Below are positions 1-7,615 of a DNA stretch of 37,640 bases, one piece after another. The translations under genes were made by a program, and so were the position numbers. Numbering within the stretch: position 1 is the stretch's first letter; each line of letters opens with the position of its first letter. Under the pieces are notes generated by a model. The model was not told the DNA's origin, made no database searches, and worked only from the letters and a program-made list of their open reading frames with translations. The DNA is from a virus, in the IMG/VR virus record IMGVR_UViG_3300025572_000006, positions 1 to 37,640 of that record; one strand, 5' to 3'.

Positions 1-127
1 AAGAGCCTTATTCTTACGAACAAGCTTTTGAATGCGTTTTGTTACCCCTTTTCCTTTTGCCGCTTTCTTTTCGCCATCGTCTTCGTCTTGTGCCTCATCG
101 TCCGTTGATTCGGCATCATCAGAAGAC
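1..127. repeat. Terminal direct repeat, identical to 37514..37640 (circular-assembly overlap)
   Basis: Base-by-base identity of 'aagagccttattcttacgaacaagc...atcatcagaagac' at both ends. The repeat lies inside a coding sequence, so it is not a physical terminal repeat. Confidence 0.95.
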
Positions 128-339
128 GCGTCACCGTCGTCAGTTAATCCGTTTTCTTTGGATTCTTTCTCGGCATCCTGCTTGTTTTCCGGTTCATTCT
201 GCGCTTCCGAGGTCGCAGTCGATGCTTTTGCATCGGCGTTTTCGCTGGCGCTAAGTTCTGCCAACGCGGAGTTTTCGCTAGAACCGAAGAGTTCTGCCGC
301 AGTGATGCGCTTTGCTTCGCTATTGACTGTTTCAGACAT
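1..339 (-). CDS. Scaffolding protein, N-terminal 113 codons (gene crosses the contig junction and continues 37513->36827)
   Basis: ATG at 339 overlaps the portal stop by 8 nt. Translation is MSETVNSEAKRITAAELF... with an acidic tract. Reading through base 1 into 37513 stays in frame (..KNKAL|EQELMFLREQILKS..), giving 341 aa in total. Confidence 0.7.
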   Translation of the reverse strand, partial: MSETVNSEAKRITAAELFGSSENSALAELSASENADAKASTATSEAQNEPENKQDAEKESKENGLTDDGDASSDDAESTDDEAQDEDDGEKKAAKGKGVTKRIQKLVRKNKAL

Positions 340-2506
340 GGTCAGCCTCCATGGGTGAACCCGGTGCTATATCCCCGCCGGTAGGGAGTTGATCATTCGG
401 CAAGCCAAAAGCTTCGGGCGCTAGCATTCCCGCTTGCTCTAACTCGCCGGTTTCAATTCCGTTTGATTGCATTGCCGCAACGTCTGCTGGCATTTCTCCA
501 GGAGCTACTTGCGGCGGCATTTGCGCTGCATTCATTTGATCAAGGAAATTTAAACGCGCTTCGATTTGTGCGATTTGCGCTGTGATCGCTTGAAGCGCGG
601 CACCAAAATCGCCAAGGTTCGCTTGAAGCTTCATGCGCTCAATTTCGAGGTCTTTTTCGATCTTGAGCGTTTCAATCCGCTCTTTCGATTGAAGTTCCAT
701 TTCTTTTGCAATGAGCGGATTTTTCGCTTTCTCAAGCTCAGCTTGCAGCGTTTGAATTGCGGCTTGCATTTGCTGGACTTGCGCCTGCACTTCGGGCGGA
801 AGCTGTATTTGATTTTCATCGCCCAAGATGTGCGGCGGAATCGTTCGACGAATACGTTCAGCAACTTCTTGTGCTTTCGGCCAATCCATCGCCTTGACCA
901 TAAGGTCGCCAGCAATGCCCATGATTTGCGGCGCCGCTTGTGCAATCTGCATCATGCTTGCCGCAGCTTCTTGACGCTTCGACATGTAGCTTGGGCCGCT
1001 CGTAATTCGAATGTCGTATTTGCAAGCCGAAAGATCGTAGATACGGCCATCGCCGTCCGGATTTTGCGAGTTAATGATCACAGTCTTGATTTCATCTTCG
1101 TTTCCAAGGATGCGAACGGCGCGCTCGGTGTCGTAAATCTTCGGAATGAGATCGACCAAAATGCGGCCGCAATGCTGCAAAGACGCGTCGAAATTATCTT
1201 GATAGTGATAGTTCGACGTTTGCGCCTGCATCGTGCGCTTTTGAATTGCGACACCGGACGTTTCGTTTGATTGCGCACCTAAGGCCGCATCGAAAACGCC
1301 AGTTGTGGCTTTTAAGTTTTCTGCCGCATGAAGTGCTGCTTGCGTGATTGCCGCAATTGGAGGTTCGACCGAAATCCGCTGCGGAACAAAACCGCTTTGG
1401 TCCGGTTCAAACGGCAAATAAGGCAAGTTTTCATCCGAACGGTCCCAGATTGGCTTAAACCGGTCGATGTTTTTCGGCGTCACAAGCCACGGCGCTTTCG
1501 GTGCAAGCGCAATTGCCTCGATTTTTGCCGATTCAAGCGCGTTAAACGCCATTTGCGGGTCACGCGCATCGGCCACCATTCCGCGGCGATGGATTTTTCC
1601 GTCGAGATAATACTCTTCACCGTAAACCGGAATAATCGGAATCCAACGGCCAGGCCAATCGGTCGCTTCCAAAATCTCGCAACCGTTGGTTTTCACCCAC
1701 TTGATTTGGCGAACCGTGACTTTGCGAGTTGTGCCTTCGATGACGCTTAGACCATTTGCGAAAAGATACTCTTGGTCTAATTCATCCTCGAAAAGCGTTT
1801 GTCCGTTTGAAAGGAGAAGAAGCGTTTTCTCCTGATAGTCGGAATAAAAATACTCCGCAATCCGCGTTGTTTTGTCGTTGAGGATGAAAGGATTGTCGCC
1901 GGTTCTAAATAGATCGTGTTTTGCAAGATCCGACTTCCGATAAAGACGCTTGTATTTTTCAATCGAAAGTTCTTCGGTAACAAACGCCCATTCGGCGTCG
2001 GATCCGTCGACTTCCGTCGAATGCGGGTCAAAATAAACCGAAAGCGGGTTGATGATGCGCTTAATTTTGATGTCGAGATTAAACGATCTTTCATCCGCGT
2101 ACTCGGTGAGAACGCGGAAGAATCCAAATCCGCCCGTGACTGCGTGTTCAAACGCCGTCGAGAATGCGGCCTTCGCGTTTGAGCCGTTCAAAATATAGCG
2201 AATCATTCCCTGAATGACTTCCGCAGTCGCCGGATCATTGTGATCGTCAACCGGAATCGCTTCAGGAGACGGGCTGTTTTGTTTTTGATCGTTTGTGATT
2301 TGGCGAATTGTGGGATTGATGCGGTTAAAGACCAAGCACGGTTTCCCGCGCTCTTTTCTTCTTCGTAAATCTTGATCGTCCCATTGCTCGCCGTAGCGAA
2401 AGCGAACGTCGCGCTTAAACTGCTCGCGTGCTTCGGAAAATGCATCTTCCGATTCTTTGAAACGCTCTTTAATTTCTTGTAGGAGTTCGGTTTCCGCTTT
2501 CGCCAT
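332..2506 (-). CDS. Portal protein (P22-type)
   Basis: 724 aa, directly after terL. N-terminal 'RFRYGEQWD..GKPCLVFNRI' portal-like motif. Long C-terminal coiled coil (QAQVQQMQAAIQTLQAELEKAK...). Synteny is terS-terL-portal-scaffold-coat. Confidence 0.85.
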   Translation of the reverse strand: MAKAETELLQEIKERFKESEDAFSEAREQFKRDVRFRYGEQWDDQDLRRRKERGKPCLVFNRINPTIRQITNDQKQNSPSPEAIPVDDHNDPATAEVIQGMIRYILNGSNAKAAFSTAFEHAVTGGFGFFRVLTEYADERSFNLDIKIKRIINPLSVYFDPHSTEVDGSDAEWAFVTEELSIEKYKRLYRKSDLAKHDLFRTGDNPFILNDKTTRIAEYFYSDYQEKTLLLLSNGQTLFEDELDQEYLFANGLSVIEGTTRKVTVRQIKWVKTNGCEILEATDWPGRWIPIIPVYGEEYYLDGKIHRRGMVADARDPQMAFNALESAKIEAIALAPKAPWLVTPKNIDRFKPIWDRSDENLPYLPFEPDQSGFVPQRISVEPPIAAITQAALHAAENLKATTGVFDAALGAQSNETSGVAIQKRTMQAQTSNYHYQDNFDASLQHCGRILVDLIPKIYDTERAVRILGNEDEIKTVIINSQNPDGDGRIYDLSACKYDIRITSGPSYMSKRQEAAASMMQIAQAAPQIMGIAGDLMVKAMDWPKAQEVAERIRRTIPPHILGDENQIQLPPEVQAQVQQMQAAIQTLQAELEKAKNPLIAKEMELQSKERIETLKIEKDLEIERMKLQANLGDFGAALQAITAQIAQIEARLNFLDQMNAAQMPPQVAPGEMPADVAAMQSNGIETGELEQAGMLAPEAFGLPNDQLPTGGDIAPGSPMEADHV

Positions 2507-2532
2507 TTCTAAGCAAAGCGTCGGGCGGAAAT

Positions 2533-2554
2533 ATGTTTACATCAAAGTAAACAT
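2533..2554. promoter_or_regulatory. Palindromic motif copy A (ATGTTTACATCAAAGTAAACAT) upstream of the portal gene
   Basis: 8-bp inverted arms. The 19-mer TGTTTACATCAAAGTAAAC is identical to the copy at 26472-26490 and differs by 1 nt from 5708-5726. It sits about 27 nt upstream of the portal ATG. Confidence 0.6.
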
Positions 2555-2574
2555 GCGGATAGATATTGAGATGT

Positions 2575-4095
2575 TCAAAATCCCAACCCAGTTGAATTAA
2601 CATCGTACCGAACACCGATCGTGTCCGGCGTGAAGATCGATGCCGATGCATCAGGAAACTTGGCGCCAAAGTCCGAATCAAGAATGCGCGACATGCAATC
2701 AAGCATGTCGTCGTGGACTGCGACCGGAAACGCCGAATATTCGTCTTCGATAAACGCTTTCACAAAATCCACAACGCGACCTTCGTAGTTAACGAACGTG
2801 TGTTTTTCAGGGAGATAAAAGCGACCTTGCTCGAAGATCGGAACAAGACGCAAAATCCGATCTTCTTTAGCAAGACTTCCGCCTAGTTCAGTGATGTTGA
2901 AACGATAATTCTCTTGCTCTTGAACATATTTGATGTGTTCGATATCCGACTGCATTCCGTAGCGTTCGTAGCCGACTGCAATCGGCCGATATTTGCGGTG
3001 AAAATCAAAGAGTTTTCTTGTTCTTTCGGTGAGGTTTAGTCGATCTCTCACGCCATCAATTAAATAGTAGTTTTGGTCCGGCCCAAGACCAACTACATTA
3101 ATCACAGTGTAGTCGCTTGTTCGCTTCTTTTGACTTGCTGGATCAACAAGGATGTAGATGTTGAAGTTCGTGGTCGAATCAAGCCTCTTATAGAACCTAA
3201 GCCACTCTTCTTTAAAGCCCATTGCTTTATCCGCTACAGGGTTTTGTAGCATTTGCGAGCCGAACGTATACGGGCCCATGTCGCGGCGTTTTTCCATAAG
3301 TTCTTCACGACTAAGGAGAACAGGCTCGCCGTCAAGTGAGCCGTCTTTTGTTGCAGGATAGATGCGAGGCTTTGCTGTGCCTCGTTCTATGATTGTCCGA
3401 TACGTGTCATTTGCATGATAGCGCGTGCCGATAAATCTTCTTGCGCCGCCTTTTGCGCCGAGGTTGTAAGAGAGCTCAAGTGCTGCTGTTGTCTTTGCAA
3501 TCTGCTCAGGCGTCGTAACTGATTCACGCGTCACAATATCGTCGTAAACAAGAATGTCGAAGTGTTTCCCCGTTGGCTGTCCATCGACAACACCCCAAGC
3601 TTCGACCGTCGCTTCTTTTGGGTTTTTGTCGCGTTTTACGATGATACCAGAATCAAGCGACCACTTTTGCGCTTCTTTTTTCGGATCAGAATAAAGAATG
3701 TCAGGGAAAAGCGATTTCAAAAACGTGTTTTGCTCTAGTTCACGTTTGATTTGATCAAGGAACGCTTTCGCGATTGGTCTAGTGTGAGAGAAAATTCCGA
3801 TCGTGATGTTTGGATTAATCAAAATGTCTTGGATGGATTTTCCGAACGTAAGAAGAGTCGATTTGTAGTGTTCACGCGCCCACAAATCCAAATGTCCGTT
3901 CGGCGACGCTTCAACTTCTCTGCAACGATCATAAAGCCAATCGCGATCGATGTCTTTTCGCTTGCACGCAACCGTGAGAAGAAAAAACAAATCTTCTCGG
4001 CAAAGCCTGCGCATGGCCTCCGTATCGTTTGCCTCAAGGACTTCGAGATAAAGCCGATTTGATTGCGTGCGAGTCAAACCTTGGCAGAGCATCAA
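2575..4095 (-). CDS. terL: Terminase large subunit
   Basis: 506 aa. 'DLWAREHYKST', 'IGIFSHTRPIAKAFL' and 'FDILVYDDIVT' form the ATPase half. 'ILVDPASQKKRTSDYTVINVVG' starts the nuclease half. ATGA start/stop overlap with terS. Confidence 0.9.
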   Translation of the reverse strand: MMLCQGLTRTQSNRLYLEVLEANDTEAMRRLCREDLFFLLTVACKRKDIDRDWLYDRCREVEASPNGHLDLWAREHYKSTLLTFGKSIQDILINPNITIGIFSHTRPIAKAFLDQIKRELEQNTFLKSLFPDILYSDPKKEAQKWSLDSGIIVKRDKNPKEATVEAWGVVDGQPTGKHFDILVYDDIVTRESVTTPEQIAKTTAALELSYNLGAKGGARRFIGTRYHANDTYRTIIERGTAKPRIYPATKDGSLDGEPVLLSREELMEKRRDMGPYTFGSQMLQNPVADKAMGFKEEWLRFYKRLDSTTNFNIYILVDPASQKKRTSDYTVINVVGLGPDQNYYLIDGVRDRLNLTERTRKLFDFHRKYRPIAVGYERYGMQSDIEHIKYVQEQENYRFNITELGGSLAKEDRILRLVPIFEQGRFYLPEKHTFVNYEGRVVDFVKAFIEDEYSAFPVAVHDDMLDCMSRILDSDFGAKFPDASASIFTPDTIGVRYDVNSTGLGF

Positions 4096-4478
4096 TCGCC
4101 CTTAAGCTGCGAAAGCCTTTCTTCAATGTCGATCTTTGTGACCGTGACTTCGCCCTTGTGCGTTGTTTCGTTCGTGTTCTGGACCTTTTCTTTCTGATCA
4201 AGATGCTGTTTGCCAAGCCAAATGAGCATCGTGGTGTTACCAGCCATTGCGGTCTCAAATTGCTTGCGGCGAAGGCTGATTTTCCCGCGAGCCGCCTTTT
4301 TGGCGTAATGCTCCGCAAAAGTTACGCCGAATTCTTCTTTTACCCGGCGCTCGATCGTGTCTTCCGAGCAATCAAAAAAGCTCGCAATCTCTGAAAGTGT
4401 GCATTGCATATGACATAGTTTATCAAACTGATCCCAGTCGATTTCGATGCGCGGCCGGCCCATTTTTTTCTTAGCCAT
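4092..4478 (-). CDS. terS: Terminase small subunit (HTH)
   Basis: 128 aa immediately upstream of terL and translationally coupled to it. N-terminal HTH-like 'CTLSEIASFFDCSEDTIERRV'. Confidence 0.7.
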   Translation of the reverse strand: MAKKKMGRPRIEIDWDQFDKLCHMQCTLSEIASFFDCSEDTIERRVKEEFGVTFAEHYAKKAARGKISLRRKQFETAMAGNTTMLIWLGKQHLDQKEKVQNTNETTHKGEVTVTKIDIEERLSQLKGD

Positions 4479-5685
4479 TGATTAACTCCGCTTTCTTGCC
4501 TGTGTACTTTTCCCAGCGATTGATGATGATGTCGCAATACTTGGGGTCTATTTCCATCCCATACACGCGGCGCCCATGTTTCTCACACGCAATGAACGCA
4601 GTGCCAGATCCAGCGAACGGCTCATATAATAGGTCGCCCTGTTTGGTATGATTCTTAATAGGTATTTCGTACAAAAGAATAGGCTTCTGAGTGGGGTGTG
4701 GAGTCTTATCCTCTTTCGAGCCGCCCATTATGTGAGCTGGCGGTGCCGCATCCCAAACTGTGACCTGTTTGCGATCTCCGACCCAATTCGCATCACATCC
4801 TTTTCTAACTGCATACCAACAAGGCTCATGCTTCCAGTGATATGCAGATCTCCCCATTATCATTACTGACTTGTTCCATATTATCTGCTGTCGCACCTCG
4901 AAACCGGCTCGTCGAAGAGAATCCATAACAACATCAGTGAACGCTGATGCGTGCCAAACGTATGCAATATCAGCATTGCAGATCGCCCAGGCGTCGTACC
5001 AATCAGCCCTGTCATCATTACTAACTAGATTGGCGTTACAACTTCCAAGCTTCTTGTCGCCAAGAGCATCGTCTCTCCATGACAGATCCAGATTGACGCC
5101 ATAAGGAGGATCTGTGACCATAAGCAGCGCCTTCTCACCAGCCATCAACTTCTCAACATCATCAATGCTCGTCGAATCCCCACACATGAGCCGATGCCGT
5201 CCCAATCGCCAAATGTCTCCACGCTTTGTTATTGGCTCAACTGGCGCCGTTGGAACTTCATCCTCATCGCATTGCGGCTCAAATTCCTCCGGCAGTTTAA
5301 AATCCGGAATACCAAGAAGATCGAAGTCAAAATCAGGTCCCAAATCCAAAACGTCGTTCAAAACCATCGAAAGATCGGTTTCTGCGAGTTCTGCGATTTT
5401 GTTATCGGCCACCATATCGGCGTATTCGTCGGCTTCATTCGCGTAGTCCTGCCGATCAATCGGCGCTTTGGTCCAACCGTTGAGTTTTGCTGCCTCGAGC
5501 CGAGCATGGCCTTTAACGATGAACCCTGACCGATTCGACACCACGATCGGCGCTCGCCAACCTTGGTGCCTCATGATTTTTGCCAGAAGCTCGATTTGCC
5601 TTTTCGGATGTTTGTTCGGGTTCTTTGGATTCGGAACCAATAAATCAATATCGATAATTTCAGTGTGAGCGCATTTGATTTCCAT
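4471..5685 (-). CDS. ParB-like nuclease domain fused to a DPPY (N6-adenine type) DNA methyltransferase
   Basis: 404 aa. N-terminus 'LVPNPKNPNKHPKRQIELLAKIMRHQGWRAPIVV' is ParB/Srx-like. 'LMVTDPPYGV' is motif IV and 'YEPFAGSGTAFIACEKHGRRVYGMEIDPKY' is motif I. Confidence 0.85.
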   Translation of the reverse strand: MEIKCAHTEIIDIDLLVPNPKNPNKHPKRQIELLAKIMRHQGWRAPIVVSNRSGFIVKGHARLEAAKLNGWTKAPIDRQDYANEADEYADMVADNKIAELAETDLSMVLNDVLDLGPDFDFDLLGIPDFKLPEEFEPQCDEDEVPTAPVEPITKRGDIWRLGRHRLMCGDSTSIDDVEKLMAGEKALLMVTDPPYGVNLDLSWRDDALGDKKLGSCNANLVSNDDRADWYDAWAICNADIAYVWHASAFTDVVMDSLRRAGFEVRQQIIWNKSVMIMGRSAYHWKHEPCWYAVRKGCDANWVGDRKQVTVWDAAPPAHIMGGSKEDKTPHPTQKPILLYEIPIKNHTKQGDLLYEPFAGSGTAFIACEKHGRRVYGMEIDPKYCDIIINRWEKYTGKKAELING

Positions 5686-5707
5686 GCTTTCATTGTCGTT
5701 GCTATCC

Positions 5708-5727
5708 TGTTTACATCAATGTAAACA
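5708..5727. promoter_or_regulatory. Palindromic motif copy B (TGTTTACAT-CA-ATGTAAACA) in the divergent control region
   Basis: Perfect 9-2-9 palindrome between the late-operon start (ATG 5685, minus) and the RHH-like gene (ATG 5783, plus). A half-site ATGTAAACA at 5775-5783 ends on that ATG. Confidence 0.6.
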
Positions 5728-5748
5728 TCGCTCGAGTTTAATTTCCGT

Positions 5749-5776
5749 TTGATCTTCGAGAATGTTTTCATAGAAT
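5749..5776 (+). promoter_or_regulatory. Candidate sigma70-type promoter giving a leaderless transcript of the RHH-like gene
   Basis: TTGATC (5749-5754), 16-nt spacer, TAGAAT (5771-5776), then 6 nt to ATG 5783. No Shine-Dalgarno sequence precedes the ATG. Confidence 0.35.
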
Positions 5777-5782
5777 GTAAAC

Positions 5783-5992
5783 ATGGATTTGAAAGAGAGA
5801 ATCCGCGAACTTCTTAAAAGCTTTCCTGTAGAGCAAAAAGTTGAACCAAAAGATCGGAAGCCGCTTACAATCTGGATTCGACCAGAGGAAAAAATGCGAT
5901 ACGATATTCTGCAGGCAAAAAGCTCTCGTGAGTTTTCAAAACTGCTTCAAAACATCGTGAGAGAAACGATCAATTCAGTTGACACGCCTTGA
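5783..5992 (+). CDS. Small ribbon-helix-helix-like DNA-binding protein (candidate regulator)
   Basis: 69 aa. 'KPLTIWIRPEEKMRYDILQAKSSREFSKLLQNIVRETI' fits a beta-strand plus two helices as in Arc/CopG folds. Divergent from the late operon. Confidence 0.5.
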   Translation: MDLKERIRELLKSFPVEQKVEPKDRKPLTIWIRPEEKMRYDILQAKSSREFSKLLQNIVRETINSVDTP

Positions 5993-6013
5993 GTTCCCGC
6001 CCTGATTCCCGCC

Positions 6014-6038
6014 AAAATAAAAAAGCCCCGATCGGGGC
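6014..6038 (-). terminator. Rho-independent terminator (second of a tandem pair)
   Basis: On the minus strand: GCCCC-GATC-GGGGC hairpin followed by TTTTTTATTTT. Confidence 0.75.
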
Positions 6039-6196
6039 GTCCTCTGCGGATTGATATATGATCGAACTGATATTTGCGATATTTCTGATCTCAGAAAAAC
6101 TCGTATTTCTCGATGAACCGATTCCATCGAGTCTTTGTCTAGAACTAAATGTTCTCGCGTCGCATGTCGATGAGAGAAAACTCATGAGTGAGGTCG

Positions 6197-6226
6197 AAAA
6201 AAGATGGCGCGGAAACGAACCGCGCC
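6197..6226 (-). terminator. Rho-independent terminator after the HTH gene
   Basis: On the minus strand: GGCGCGG-ttcgttt-CCGCGCC hairpin, then ATC TTTTTT. It lies 43 nt downstream of the stop at 6269. Confidence 0.8.
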
Positions 6227-6268
6227 TTGAAGCTTTTCATACGTTTTGGGAAAACAGAGATATATGCA

Positions 6269-6478
6269 CTATTTCTGACCGACCTTGATTTGCCATAGTT
6301 CCCATTTCGCCGGATCCATTTTTCTATCGCCAGCTTCCCAATACTGCCAAGCGCGCAGAGTCGCTCCGATCAAAGCGCCAGCTTCTTTTTGCGTGAGACC
6401 GGCTTTTTCGCGTGCCTTACGGACCTCGGCGGGCGTTGGGGTTTTGCGTTTTGGTGCTGATGTCATACAATCACCCAT
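6269..6478 (-). CDS. XRE-family helix-turn-helix protein
   Basis: 69 aa. 'PTPAEVRKAREKAGLTQKEAGALIGATLRAWQYWEAGDRKM' is a classic HTH_XRE pattern. An alternative ATG at 6466 has the better SD (GGTGA). Confidence 0.7.
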   Translation of the reverse strand: MGDCMTSAPKRKTPTPAEVRKAREKAGLTQKEAGALIGATLRAWQYWEAGDRKMDPAKWELWQIKVGQK

Positions 6479-7064
6479 TCAAATGGTCTCTGTATTCGAT
6501 CATTTTTTCTGCCAGTGCCTCGGCACCGCCAACGATTGCCCAGTTGTCGGCGGCAAGCTCTTCGCAAATTTTCTCGGCCTCTTTTTCAATCTCTTCGTCA
6601 CTAGTTTCGGCGCTAACATCTAACGTGTCGTGGTTGTCGTACACGAAATCATCAGCGGTTAAAAACTGCGCACAATCAGCGTCGTCAATGTTCGTTTCGA
6701 GCCAATGTTCGAGTTCAGCGATTGCTGCGGTCGCGTCGTCCGAGTAGACGCCGACAACGTTTTTGCCGTCGAACTCTGTATCGTAACCGTCGATTATTCG
6801 TTCGCAGAGGCGGCGAAATTCGGCATTCTGAAACACGCGGTTGAGCGCCCGACCGGTGATGTTGTTCGGAACACAAAATTCCAGACAATGACGATAATAA
6901 ACATCACTCGGAGTTGCGTCTGTTATATATCGCGTTGCAGCCGCCGTCACTGTTTCTGTTTTGCAGTCAATTTGAATAGCGGCAGGCTCTGGCTCAAATT
7001 GCCCAGCTGGCCAATCCAAAATCGGCAATAAATCATTTTCGTCGAACTGTTCAAACGTAATCAT
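6471..7064 (-). CDS. Highly acidic 197-aa protein of unknown function
   Basis: Strong SD (GCGAGGTGAAAAATG). By hand count about 45 D/E against 13 K/R. The C-terminal half is almost all acidic helices (SAETSDEEIEKEAEKICEELAADN). Confidence 0.7.
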   Translation of the reverse strand: MITFEQFDENDLLPILDWPAGQFEPEPAAIQIDCKTETVTAAATRYITDATPSDVYYRHCLEFCVPNNITGRALNRVFQNAEFRRLCERIIDGYDTEFDGKNVVGVYSDDATAAIAELEHWLETNIDDADCAQFLTADDFVYDNHDTLDVSAETSDEEIEKEAEKICEELAADNWAIVGGAEALAEKMIEYRDHLNG

Positions 7065-7088
7065 TTTTCACCTCGCTATCGCTCATCC

Positions 7089-7262
7089 TCATTTTTGTTC
7101 AAAAATCTCCTCTTCCAGCTCGTCCGGATCGCAGTAGACAGTAACAACGTTTCTGTCGATGTCGTAATCAGCTCCTAGTTTCGCGACTATAGAGAGCAAC
7201 TCGTGCAGCGGAATTTGACCGAACTCTGTACCGTCAGCGGTTCTCACCCACACTTTTTTCAT
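7089..7262 (-). CDS. Hypothetical 57-aa protein (below the ORF-track cut-off)
   Basis: ATG 7262 is preceded by the same AGCGAGGTGAAAAATG cassette as its neighbours. Translation is MKKVWVRTADGTEFGQIPLHELLSIVAKLGADYDIDRNVVTVYCDPDELEEEIFEQK. Confidence 0.55.
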   Translation of the reverse strand: MKKVWVRTADGTEFGQIPLHELLSIVAKLGADYDIDRNVVTVYCDPDELEEEIFEQK

Positions 7263-7316
7263 TTTTCACCTCGCTATTTTGCTCCAACTAAACACAAATA
7301 CTTTGATGCGTCAGCT

Positions 7317-7550
7317 TTATTGGAACTTTGCGAAATCTTCTGAAAATTCAAACTCGGAGTTCAAAAAATCGACAACCTCATCGAGTTCCGCTGCGAGATT
7401 CCTATCGTGCCTCACAACAAAAAGCATTCCATTGTCGGCTATTCCGAGTTCGAAATCGGGCGAGTAGTTTTTGTCATGGAACGTTTCTCTTACTTTTTTT
7501 TCGAGATAGTTAGTAATGAACTGCTCGATAACAAACTGGTAGTTTCTCAT
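7317..7550 (-). CDS. Hypothetical 77-aa acidic protein
   Basis: ORF with the TGCGAGGTGAAAAATG initiation cassette. It is the first gene downstream of the 7616-7644 promoter. Confidence 0.6.
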   Translation of the reverse strand: MRNYQFVIEQFITNYLEKKVRETFHDKNYSPDFELGIADNGMLFVVRHDRNLAAELDEVVDFLNSEFEFSEDFAKFQ

Positions 7551-7615
7551 TTTTCACCTCGCATGTTTTGTTTTTTGTTTTGTTGTTTCAGCACCATTGC
7601 CGCATCAACAAATTC

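Noticed and set aside
32-358. 108-aa plus-strand ORF (Ser/Ala/Phe-rich), with the overlapping 39..254 ORF
   Set aside because: Low-complexity antisense translation of the acidic N-terminal part of the scaffold gene. It has no SD, and the minus-strand reading is continuous with the scaffold ORF across the junction.
5970-6288. ORFs 5970..6185 (minus, 71 aa) and 6058..6288 (plus, 76 aa)
   Set aside because: Both read straight through terminator hairpins, lack an SD and are Ser/Arg-rich. The segment is reported as a non-coding oddity instead.
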